This document shows, one piece after another, positions 7,940 to 15,816 of a DNA stretch of 32,000 bases. The stretch is from NCBI GenBank assembly GCA_031316235.1, contig JALDRA010000001.1:2550001-2582000 (forward strand), given 5' to 3'. The position numbers and the translations under genes were made by a program. The stretch is from Candidatus Scalindua sp. (GTDB taxonomy: Bacteria > Planctomycetota > Brocadiia > Brocadiales > Scalinduaceae). The notes under the pieces are model-generated. The model did not search any database. It had not been told where the DNA came from and saw nothing but the letters and a program-made list of their open reading frames with translations. The first letter of the stretch is position 1, and every line of letters starts with the position of its first letter.

Positions 7940-9871
7940 TTATCCATTCCGTCCGGTTCTCCCTCTTCGTTGTGTTTTCAACCGTTGTGGTGTCCTCTTA
8001 TTGACTACTCCCTCCCGATTATGTAAGTCTCTTTTGGCAGAGCCCAGGAACCGTTTCAGCAAATCTGTTTTTTTTGCTTTCGTGAGCCTCTTTTTTATCC
8101 ATTCGTGATTCTCTTTCTTGTACCAGAAAAAGAAACGATGCTGATCTCTTCTCTCTTGTATTGATTTAGGAGTATAGTATCTTTTTAAGGTATAAGGATG
8201 ATAGCCGGAATAATAGATTACGGTAGCAACTGTCATTGGTGTGGGTGTAAAATCCTGGACGTGCTCAAGTTTAAAACCAAGTTCTTTCGTTTCAACTGCA
8301 AGGTTTGCCATATCTTCATCGCTGCAGCCAGGATGACTTGATATGAAGTAAGGTACAAGCTGCTGATTAAGGGAATAGTGTCTATCGATACGATCAAACA
8401 GTTTCTTAAATTCCTTAAAATGTTCAAATGATGGTTTTCTCATTAATTTGAGTGTATTTGCAGAGGTATGTTCCGGTGCAACTTTAAGTCTACCGGAAAC
8501 ATGGCGAGTCACAAGCTGTACCATATAATCATAAATGGAAGAATCGGCTTTGGTATTATAACTTTTTGTTATTAGATCATAACGAACTCCGCTTCCGACA
8601 AATGCTTTTTTCACTTTCGGATGATTGTCTACTTTTTTATAGATTTCGATTAATTGGGAATGGTTTGTGTCGAGATTTCCACATATTACCGGATAAATAC
8701 AGGAAGGAGCTACACATCTGTCGCAAACCTTTTGTTCCTTTCCCTTCATTTTATACATATTTGCAGACGGACCTCCGAGGTCAGAAATGTAGCCTTTAAA
8801 GTCTGGCATATTTACGATCTTGTCTACTTCATTCAGTATGGATTTTTGTGAGCGGCTTGCAATGAATTTACCTTGATGGGCTGAAATAGTACAAAAACTG
8901 CATCCTCCAAAACAGCCCCGATGCATGTTTATCGAAAATTTTATCATTTCATAGGCAGGAATACCACCGCGTTTTTTATATTTGGGATGAGGAAACCTTG
9001 TATAAGGCAAGTCAAAAGAGGCATCGATCTCCCTCTCTTTCATTGTTGGAAAAGGAGGATTAATTATCACGGATTTCCCCGAAATATCTTGTATAATCCG
9101 TTTTGCAGAGACCTTGTTTGATTCCTGCTCTATCTGTTTGAAGTTTGCGGCAAAGGATTTTTTGTCTGCTAAACAGGTCTCATGAGGCTGTATTGCAGTG
9201 TCCTGCCAGTGTTTGTTTTTCTGAATACCGCTGCTTTGGTCACGGATATAACCTGTCTGCCTGACCATTGTCAATTGATGGAAGGGTACCCCTTTTTTCA
9301 AAAGTTTGAGAATTTCTCTGATGGGCTGTTCTCCCATTCCGTACACCAATAAATCAGCCCCGCTTGTTTCAAGAATTGATGGCATCAATCTGTTTGACCA
9401 ATAATCGTAGTGCGTTACCCTCCTTAAAGAGGTCTCTATGCCTCCAATCACAACCGGAACATCAGGATAGAGAGATTTCAAAATCCTGGTGTAGGTGGTA
9501 ACAGCATAATCAGGACGATGACCAGCATTTCCTCCAGGAGTATATGCGTCTGTAGAACGAAGTCTCCTGTTCGCAGTGTAATGGCTCACCATGGAATCCA
9601 TGCAGCCAGAGGTTACTCCAAAGAAATATCTGGGCCTGCCAAATTTCTTAAAATCACGCAGATCATCTCTCCAATTTGGTTGCGGTACAATAGCAACCTT
9701 ATAGCCCTCACTTTCGATGATTCTGCCAATTACGGCAGCTCCAAATGAAGGATGGTCAACATATGCATCTCCTGATATGAGAATTACATCAAGTTCTTCC
9801 CAATGCCGCAATTCTGCCTCCTTTCTCGTAGTAGGAAGCCATTTGGTTATTTCCGGGTGTTTTTCTTTCAT
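7940..9871 (-). CDS. ygiQ: YgiQ-family (UPF0313) radical SAM protein
   Basis: The N-terminal LPTTRKE...LDVILISGDAYVDHPSFGAAVIGRIIESEGYKVAIVPQPNW is diagnostic of the YgiQ N-domain. The radical-SAM cluster motif is HRGCFGGCSFCTI (CxxxCxxC). It ends in a basic tail (KRTPQRLKTQRRGRTGRNG). Confidence 0.85.
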   Translation of the reverse strand: MKEKHPEITKWLPTTRKEAELRHWEELDVILISGDAYVDHPSFGAAVIGRIIESEGYKVAIVPQPNWRDDLRDFKKFGRPRYFFGVTSGCMDSMVSHYTANRRLRSTDAYTPGGNAGHRPDYAVTTYTRILKSLYPDVPVVIGGIETSLRRVTHYDYWSNRLMPSILETSGADLLVYGMGEQPIREILKLLKKGVPFHQLTMVRQTGYIRDQSSGIQKNKHWQDTAIQPHETCLADKKSFAANFKQIEQESNKVSAKRIIQDISGKSVIINPPFPTMKEREIDASFDLPYTRFPHPKYKKRGGIPAYEMIKFSINMHRGCFGGCSFCTISAHQGKFIASRSQKSILNEVDKIVNMPDFKGYISDLGGPSANMYKMKGKEQKVCDRCVAPSCIYPVICGNLDTNHSQLIEIYKKVDNHPKVKKAFVGSGVRYDLITKSYNTKADSSIYDYMVQLVTRHVSGRLKVAPEHTSANTLKLMRKPSFEHFKEFKKLFDRIDRHYSLNQQLVPYFISSHPGCSDEDMANLAVETKELGFKLEHVQDFTPTPMTVATVIYYSGYHPYTLKRYYTPKSIQERRDQHRFFFWYKKENHEWIKKRLTKAKKTDLLKRFLGSAKRDLHNREGVVNKRTPQRLKTQRRGRTGRNG

Positions 9872-10380
9872 CTCTTTTTCGATCCTGTCATCCTCCCTGT
9901 TGATTCACTGACAGTTTTGCTTCTTCCCTTCATATATTTCTGATAACGCTCTATGCCCACACACTCACTTCCAACGGGGCACTTCTCTATACAGCTTTCA
10001 GCTAATTCACGCTGAATCGTCTCTCCACAACTTTCACAGGAATACTCATTTTCGAAACCGGCTACTGATGCAGTACCCAACTTTCTGCAGTGTGGACACG
10101 TTACATCTATGATCTCCACCCTCTTTATCCTTTCAGCACCAGGACATTGAAAAACAGCGGGTTTTTTAAAGCCCGCTGTTGAAGCAGGAGAAACCTTTTT
10201 TATTTTTGCAATAGTTTGGGTGGCTAAGATACGAAGAGGCATTCGTTTCTCTTTTCTTAAGAATTCCTGCAGTGCTTTCATCGCTTCATGACTGCCTTTT
10301 CCGACCCTGCCAATCTCTCCGAGAGCCTCCACCACCATCTCTGAGTTCTCGTGATTCAATTTCTCCACTAGTGCTTTCAT
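9868..10380 (-). CDS. Small HEAT-like repeat / zinc-ribbon protein (hypothetical)
   Basis: 170 aa. The N-terminus EMVVEALGEIGRVG...AMKALQEFL...LRILATQTIAKI resembles PBS-lyase/HEAT-like repeats. CPHC-x16-CESC forms a zinc-ribbon signature, followed by CIEKCPVGSEC. Its TGA overlaps the ygiQ ATG (ATGA at 9868-9871). Confidence 0.5.
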   Translation of the reverse strand: MKALVEKLNHENSEMVVEALGEIGRVGKGSHEAMKALQEFLRKEKRMPLRILATQTIAKIKKVSPASTAGFKKPAVFQCPGAERIKRVEIIDVTCPHCRKLGTASVAGFENEYSCESCGETIQRELAESCIEKCPVGSECVGIERYQKYMKGRSKTVSESTGRMTGSKKR

Positions 10381-10560
10381 ATTCGTTACAGTCTAATTAC
10401 CTTCCGCTGTGCCATCACCGCCAAAAACCTGCCGCTCTCCCCGGAAGAATCCGTTTGAACGAAACAAGGTTCATTTGAACCTGAAGAGATTGAAAGGTTG
10501 CTATCCTTAGAGGGGTTTTACTTCATCGGGCATGTACTTAAAACGGGCTGTTGAATGTAA

Positions 10561-10693
10561 TATACTAAAACCGATTTGGTTTTACCGGAAACCAAGTCCT
10601 GGTGAAGGTATTCCCGGACAAAAAGCACCGAGGACTTGTACTCGTTCAATTTTATCTCGGATTTTATCCGAAATCCAGTATGAGATGAGTATA
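10561..10693 (+). repeat. MITE-like structured repeat, copy C (forward orientation)
   Basis: Near-identical to the reverse complement of copy A. The hairpin is GATTTGGTTT/AAACCAAGTC with a compensated stem change. It lies in the 366-bp gap between the batE-like stop and the HEAT-protein start. Confidence 0.85.
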
Positions 10694-10746
10694 CTATCAG
10701 TGAGTTGGAAATGATAAAAGAGGTTTTCAGCAGTGTTAATGTAAAG

Positions 10747-11607
10747 CTATATTTTTCCTACTTTGTCCTTCGGTATCCATCCCCGCTTAAACTCGGTATC
10801 TTTCTCCTTGTTTTCTTCGAGAGTATCCTCTATCTCAACATAAACGAACACCTTATACCATCCGTCTCTTTGCTCTTCTATCTTCAGCTCTGCGCCTTCG
10901 TGTATCTCAAATTTGGGTTCATACTCTTCTCCCGGTCCATACCTTATTTTACATTCTTTAGCTATGACTACACCTTTTTCATAGACATGTTCAGAATAAA
11001 TTTTTATTCCAAGAGACAGGACAAGGATAAAGAGGCTGATTGCAAATGCTATACTGGTATTTTTCAGCCATCGATGCGGTAAAAAAATCAATGACACGAT
11101 TGAGGCTATAAACGCGAAATAGATGTATAGTGTGAGGGCCGTAATTTCATTGAGATTAAGGAAAAAATACCAGAAGCATAATGTCTTGAGAAATTCCGGC
11201 AGAGGCCTTGTGCTCTCTTTATCTTCAAAATCGTCCTTCAATAAATCAATATTTGCCTTAATGTCTGCATTTCTCGGGAGCATTTTTTCTGCCTTACGGT
11301 AGGCAACTATTGATTTGCCAGGCATTCCCTGTCGGTAATACGAATTTCCCAGGTTGTAGTATATCTGGCCATTCTCAAACCTCGACTGTATCAACTGGTC
11401 ATAGAGCTGCGTTGCGTGCTGAAACCTTGCCAATGCATCTTTTTCCTTTTTTGCAGCCATTTCCTTTCGGGCAGCGTCATATTCGTTGTTTGCCTGAAAG
11501 AAAAGATCTACCGCCTCTTTATGGGAAAGATTTTCAGCAAATGCATCATACATGAAAAGGGAAATAATGAGAAGAGATAAAAACAAGGGTATCGATTTAT
11601 ATTTCAT
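10747..11607 (-). CDS. batE: BatE-like TPR + SH3 domain protein
   Basis: It has a signal peptide (IPLFLSLLIISLFMYDAFA), TPR-like segments (YYNLGNSYYRQGMPGKSIVAYRKAEKMLP), several TM helices and a C-terminal SH3b-like domain (GWYKVFV...GWIPKDKVGKI). It is the last gene of a Bat-type cluster, and its start overlaps the batD stop (ATGA). Confidence 0.65.
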   Translation of the reverse strand: MKYKSIPLFLSLLIISLFMYDAFAENLSHKEAVDLFFQANNEYDAARKEMAAKKEKDALARFQHATQLYDQLIQSRFENGQIYYNLGNSYYRQGMPGKSIVAYRKAEKMLPRNADIKANIDLLKDDFEDKESTRPLPEFLKTLCFWYFFLNLNEITALTLYIYFAFIASIVSLIFLPHRWLKNTSIAFAISLFILVLSLGIKIYSEHVYEKGVVIAKECKIRYGPGEEYEPKFEIHEGAELKIEEQRDGWYKVFVYVEIEDTLEENKEKDTEFKRGWIPKDKVGKI

Positions 11608-13445
11608 AGCTGTTTTTCTAAAAGTTCAATTACTCTTTCTGCTCTATTGGAAACGCTTTCCATCTGCGCTCTTGTATTATTGGCAATAGAAAATCTCGCA
11701 TGGTCACACAACTCAAGACACTCTTTTAATTCCTCAATTGTTTTGGATGAAACTCCACACCTGTCCAATGTATGCGATATATTGTCGCTTGTGACAGACG
11801 CTGGCGGTATGTTGAGTTTATCGGCAACAAGTTCCGTCAAGGTTTTTGCAAGCATTGAATAAAAGTCGGTGGATTTTTCGCTGTGAATAAGGTGTTTTGT
11901 GTTCAAAAGCTGGCTTTTTGCCTGTGACAGTGCCCTTCTTTTCCTCGCATAACTGGTATCTGTTTGAAGCCGTTCTCTATGCCTTTGTAAAAAGAGGCAG
12001 AAGAAAACAAGAAGTATTGGTGAAAAGAAAATAAAAGCCAGCAATACCGGCCTCTTCAAAATACCCTTACCCTGGTTAGTGAATGAGTCTATATTTGTCA
12101 TTATGGGCAGGATGTCTTTAGTCAATATTTTTACCTCTCCTTTAGTTTTTTCACTATCATTTAAGGTAAAGCGAAGGGGGGTTTCCGTTTCAGGGTTGTT
12201 TACCGAAATAGGTATTGCTTCGTAAGTTATGTTTTGGTATTTTTTCATTACAGGGTCAAAATAGCTGAATGATACCCTTGGTGTCGCATTCACATTTTCG
12301 TGTTGGGGTTCGATTACCTTGTTAAACACTTTTTCACCCGTAATCCCCTCTTTTTTGTCAGTAATTGCAGTGCTCGCTTCAGTAGAATAGAATTTAAAAT
12401 CTTCTTTTTCTTCAGGAATCAGAGCAGGTTCTCCCAATGTTTTTATGTTTCCTTTCCCTGCAATCTTAATCGTGACTGTTATGGGATCTCCTACGTTTAC
12501 TTTGGTGGGTTTTACGGAAACATCCATCGTGAAATTTCCAACTGCACCGGCAAAGTCAACAGGTTTGTCTGTTTCCGGCAAGGCCTTGATCACTAACTTA
12601 ATCGGGTTTGTATCTCTTTCCACGGGGTATCTATAGTTCTTTCTTCCAAGGAACTCATCAAATAATGAGTCTCCATAAGAATCTTCGAAAGGGTCCCAGC
12701 TGCGTGACGATTGCTGTCTGACCAGGATATTACACTTGAATTTTGCCGGGGGTATCTCTAAGGTGTCGGAAACGAGGGGGAAAAGGGCGGTCTGCAATTC
12801 TATTACACTATAGAGTATTCCATCCCTGACCTCTTCGTAACGTCTCTCATCACCAAGCCTTTCAGCAAGAAAGTTCTTGGTTGAGGGCGGGACATAATCG
12901 AGATTTTCAACGGGTAATCCTTTCTGGAAAAAAAACTTAAAAGACAAAACTATCTGTTCGTAAATGTAAGCTTCTTTTTTGTCAGTTGTGAGCTCGATGA
13001 ATAATCTTTTGTTGATGTCGAGGTCCTCACTCCTCTCTTTTCTCCTCTCAACAGGTTTTCTTTCGAGTACCTCAATCTCGACAGGATTCGATGTATAGGT
13101 GCTGCCTTTGTATTTCAGTGTTGCAGGGGGTATTGTGAATTTTCCTATTCCTTTTGGTACGAGCATGTACGTGAATCCGCGATTAACTGAAACAACGTTG
13201 TTGATTATTCTTGTTTGGGTGGTGACACTTGGGCCATATTTCAAAGAGAAGCCTTCAAGCTCAGGTAGCTTTGGCTGGTCTGTGTCAAATGCACCATGGA
13301 TCTCAATCGTTAAGCGGACATGATTACCGATTTCAATCCTGGTATTATCAACGCTCGCGGTAAGTCTCAGCTCCTCTGCGTAAACCTTCCCAAAGTGGCC
13401 AACAAGTAAAAAAAATGCAATAACATATATGAAAAAAATCTTCAT
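11604..13445 (-). CDS. batD: BatD-like oxygen-tolerance protein
   Basis: It has a large exported protein, then a TM (PVLLAFIFFSPILLVFFCLFL) and a cytoplasmic helical tail, which is the BatD layout. The maximal ORF starts at TTG 13496. ATG 13445 (MKIFFIYVIAFFLLVGHFGKVYA, a signal peptide) is the probable start. Confidence 0.7.
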   Translation of the reverse strand: MKIFFIYVIAFFLLVGHFGKVYAEELRLTASVDNTRIEIGNHVRLTIEIHGAFDTDQPKLPELEGFSLKYGPSVTTQTRIINNVVSVNRGFTYMLVPKGIGKFTIPPATLKYKGSTYTSNPVEIEVLERKPVERRKERSEDLDINKRLFIELTTDKKEAYIYEQIVLSFKFFFQKGLPVENLDYVPPSTKNFLAERLGDERRYEEVRDGILYSVIELQTALFPLVSDTLEIPPAKFKCNILVRQQSSRSWDPFEDSYGDSLFDEFLGRKNYRYPVERDTNPIKLVIKALPETDKPVDFAGAVGNFTMDVSVKPTKVNVGDPITVTIKIAGKGNIKTLGEPALIPEEKEDFKFYSTEASTAITDKKEGITGEKVFNKVIEPQHENVNATPRVSFSYFDPVMKKYQNITYEAIPISVNNPETETPLRFTLNDSEKTKGEVKILTKDILPIMTNIDSFTNQGKGILKRPVLLAFIFFSPILLVFFCLFLQRHRERLQTDTSYARKRRALSQAKSQLLNTKHLIHSEKSTDFYSMLAKTLTELVADKLNIPPASVTSDNISHTLDRCGVSSKTIEELKECLELCDHARFSIANNTRAQMESVSNRAERVIELLEKQL

Positions 13446-13620
13446 GGTATAAATTTTTTGTCTGACAGTTTTCCTCTCCAGGTAAATCTCTGTCAAAGGA
13501 TCATTTGAGAATCAATGATAAATAAAGGTAATTATAAACGAGAATGCACAAAAGTAAATTTGAATATCAGGATTTTTGATTTGTAAGAATAAAGCCTTAA
13601 ACTCTCCTGATAGCAATTCT

Positions 13621-14499
13621 TTACCAATCCTTAAGGATGCCGTACGTTGCTGATTTATCTTCCTTTTCCGGTAAATCACGTGCACTCTTTTCTGATTGTT
13701 TCATAGCGTCCAGTATTCTTTCTGCTTCTTCCTTAGACATTTCTCTTTTTTCATGAGGCTGTGGAGCTGGAGGTTTATCTGTCTCGTTTTCTTGTGAAGG
13801 TTTTTGTCCGTTTTTTTGTTCTTCCTCTTTATTCTCATCCTTTTCCTGTTGATTTTGATCCTGTTCCTGCTGTTCCTGTTTCTTTTCCTGCGGCTTTTGA
13901 TCCTGCTCCTGCTTCTCCTGTTCCTGGTCTTCTCCCTTCTCTTCCTGGTTCTCCTCTTTGTCCTGCTCCTCTTTTTCCTTGTCTTTCTCTTCTTGTTCCT
14001 GTCTCTCCTTCTGTTCTTTCTGCATCTCTTCTATCTTCTTTTCTACAAATTCGTAATTAAACTTTGCGTCTTCTCTTAATGCATCAAGCTCTTCGTCATG
14101 AATATTTTGATGCTCTCCTGAAAGTCCAATTGCCTGTTTATAGAAATCGAGAGATTCTTTTAATTTTCCCTGCTTATAGAGGGTGTTACCCATATTGTAA
14201 TTCCCTTTTGCCTTCAGGAGTATGTCATCGCTCTTTATGGCATCTTGATAAGATTTTTCAGCTTCTGGGAATTTACCTTTTTTATAATGGGTATTTGCGA
14301 TGTTAAACTTTAACTGATCTGATTCCGGTACAAAGGATTGTGCATCAGTAAACCTGCTTGCCGCTTCATCAAATTTGTTTTCATTGTAAAGAATGATTCC
14401 TTCTTCATTGTGTTCTGCTGCAGGATCAATCCAGCCTAATGATAGTAAGCAGATGATGAAAACTGTAAAGGCTTTCAGCTTTGTATTAAACATTTCCAT
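13621..14499 (-). CDS. batC: BatC-like TPR protein with a long E/Q/K-rich low-complexity region
   Basis: It has a signal peptide, TPR motifs (NIANTHYKKGKFPEAEKSYQDAI; YNMGNTLYKQGKLKESLDFYKQAI), and then about 80 aa of EQK-rich sequence. It sits between batB and batD. Confidence 0.65.
   Translation of the reverse strand: MEMFNTKLKAFTVFIICLLSLGWIDPAAEHNEEGIILYNENKFDEAASRFTDAQSFVPESDQLKFNIANTHYKKGKFPEAEKSYQDAIKSDDILLKAKGNYNMGNTLYKQGKLKESLDFYKQAIGLSGEHQNIHDEELDALREDAKFNYEFVEKKIEEMQKEQKERQEQEEKDKEKEEQDKEENQEEKGEDQEQEKQEQDQKPQEKKQEQQEQDQNQQEKDENKEEEQKNGQKPSQENETDKPPAPQPHEKREMSKEEAERILDAMKQSEKSARDLPEKEDKSATYGILKDW
13795..14037 (-). repeat. Low-complexity coding tract (poly E/Q/K/D) inside batC
   Basis: The plus strand is a pyrimidine-rich run of CTC/CTT/CTG/TTC units that encodes ...EEMQKEQKERQEQEEKDKEKEEQDKEENQEEKGEDQEQEKQEQDQKPQEKKQEQQEQDQNQQEKDENKEEEQK... 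on the minus strand. Confidence 0.8.
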
Positions 14500-14600
14500 G
14501 GGTATTATTTTGTACAGTCTCCGTTTTACCCTTCAGTAAAAATGAACAGTGAGGGTATATGTTAAAGCGAAATTTTATCTGTTGTTCTCTCTGCAAAGAC

Positions 14601-15611
14601 TTAAGGGTTTTCCTCTTTCTCCCTTATTCCCCACAAAGATTCTAACGTAATAAAGATAAGGGCTATAAATAAAGGAATCTGGTATCGATTTTCATATAAT
14701 TTTATCTTTTTGCTGCTTAGTTGTTTCTCTTCCATCTTGGCAATAATATTTTTGTAAATGTTGGCCAGGCCCCATTCGGTACCATAAGCAGGTGAATATG
14801 CGCCTCCTGTTTCCAACGCTATCTTATTTAAGGTTACTTCGTCAAGGTGTGACTTGATGACCTTTCCCTCGTTATCTTTCAGCAGTACTTCGTTGTTGTC
14901 TTCATCTCTTATTCTGATGTAAGCACCCTCTTTTTTCCCTACTCCAATCGTGTATATGATTATGCCCTGCTCTTTTGCCGCCTTAGCCATTTCTATTGCA
15001 TTACCACGATGATCTTCTCCATCAGTGATGAGCACGATAGCCTTATGTTTTTTTGATTTGTCACTAAAGGCGGTTATACTTTTATTTATCGCATCACCGA
15101 TAGCAGTGCCCCCTACCGGGATGAGATTTGTATTAAGGTCGTCAAGGAAAAGGCTAAAGGCTCCATAATCTAGGGTCAGCGGGCATTGAATAAATACGCT
15201 TCCGGCAAATGCCACCAGGCCGACTCTGTCACCGTCTATAATCGATAAAAGATCTTTGATTTCCCTTTTAGCGGCCTCAAGCCTGTTTGGTTTGATATCG
15301 TCTGCGAGCATACTTCGAGATGTATCCACGGCGACTACAATATCAATACCTTTCCTTTCTACCTCTTCCCAGTGATATCCCCATTTTGGTTGAATTAAAG
15401 AGAATATAATAAAGAGTATCGCTGAAACTGCAAAGGAGGCTTTTATAATTTGCGTCTTTTTGCTGACAGATTGAACCAACATATCTATCAATTGTGCCTG
15501 CACGAATTTTGTCAATGCCGCTTGTCTCTTTTTAAAGAAAACTCCATAGGCTGCAGCCATAATGAAGACAATTGGTAATAAATAAAGATAGTTAATGTTT
15601 TCGTATTTCAT
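14601..15611 (-). CDS. batB: BatB-like von Willebrand factor A (VWA) domain membrane protein
   Basis: It has two N-terminal TMs and a VWA/MIDAS signature DIVVAVDTSRSM...ITDGEDH...IYTIGVG. Confidence 0.75.
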   Translation of the reverse strand: MKYENINYLYLLPIVFIMAAAYGVFFKKRQAALTKFVQAQLIDMLVQSVSKKTQIIKASFAVSAILFIIFSLIQPKWGYHWEEVERKGIDIVVAVDTSRSMLADDIKPNRLEAAKREIKDLLSIIDGDRVGLVAFAGSVFIQCPLTLDYGAFSLFLDDLNTNLIPVGGTAIGDAINKSITAFSDKSKKHKAIVLITDGEDHRGNAIEMAKAAKEQGIIIYTIGVGKKEGAYIRIRDEDNNEVLLKDNEGKVIKSHLDEVTLNKIALETGGAYSPAYGTEWGLANIYKNIIAKMEEKQLSSKKIKLYENRYQIPLFIALIFITLESLWGIREKEENP

Positions 15612-15816
15612 AAATCAGTTCACTTCGTTAACTAATTTTGATTTTTTGCTTACGCAAAAAGGAAACAAGGATTTGTTTTCATTATCTGAAAAACACAACA
15701 CTATAGGTACTTTATGCATTTTTTGTTTCGTTGCAAGAGAAAAGCGCAACTCGCAGAGCGAAGTTCTTTTTGTGTGGCACAATACCATAAATTAGAGACC
15801 GAAGGGTGTTGATTTA

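Noticed and set aside
7728-8108. Plus-strand ORFs (126 aa and 63 aa) spanning the Dabb-ygiQ intergenic region and the ygiQ 3' end
   Set aside because: They are largely antisense to the conserved YgiQ C-terminus, hydrophobic and low in complexity, with no RBS and no recognisable motifs.
6194-10693. Whether the three repeated ~140-bp sequences could be a CRISPR array or another regularly spaced repeat system
   Set aside because: There are only three copies, each about 140 bp. They are separated by 751 bp and about 3.3 kb of gene-containing DNA, and they occur in mixed orientation. There are no short regular spacers and no cas genes in the window.
13761-14079. Two long plus-strand ORFs (99 aa and 91 aa, Leu/Phe/Pro-rich) opposite batC
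   Set aside because: They are antisense shadows of the E/Q/K-rich low-complexity tract. Their composition simply mirrors the complement of GAA/GAG/CAG/AAG codons. They have no RBS and no recognisable domain.
15595-15795. 66-aa plus-strand ORF in the batA-batB gap
   Set aside because: It begins inside the batB start region on the opposite strand, lacks an RBS and has no motifs. The gap is better described as non-coding with a hairpin (see findings).
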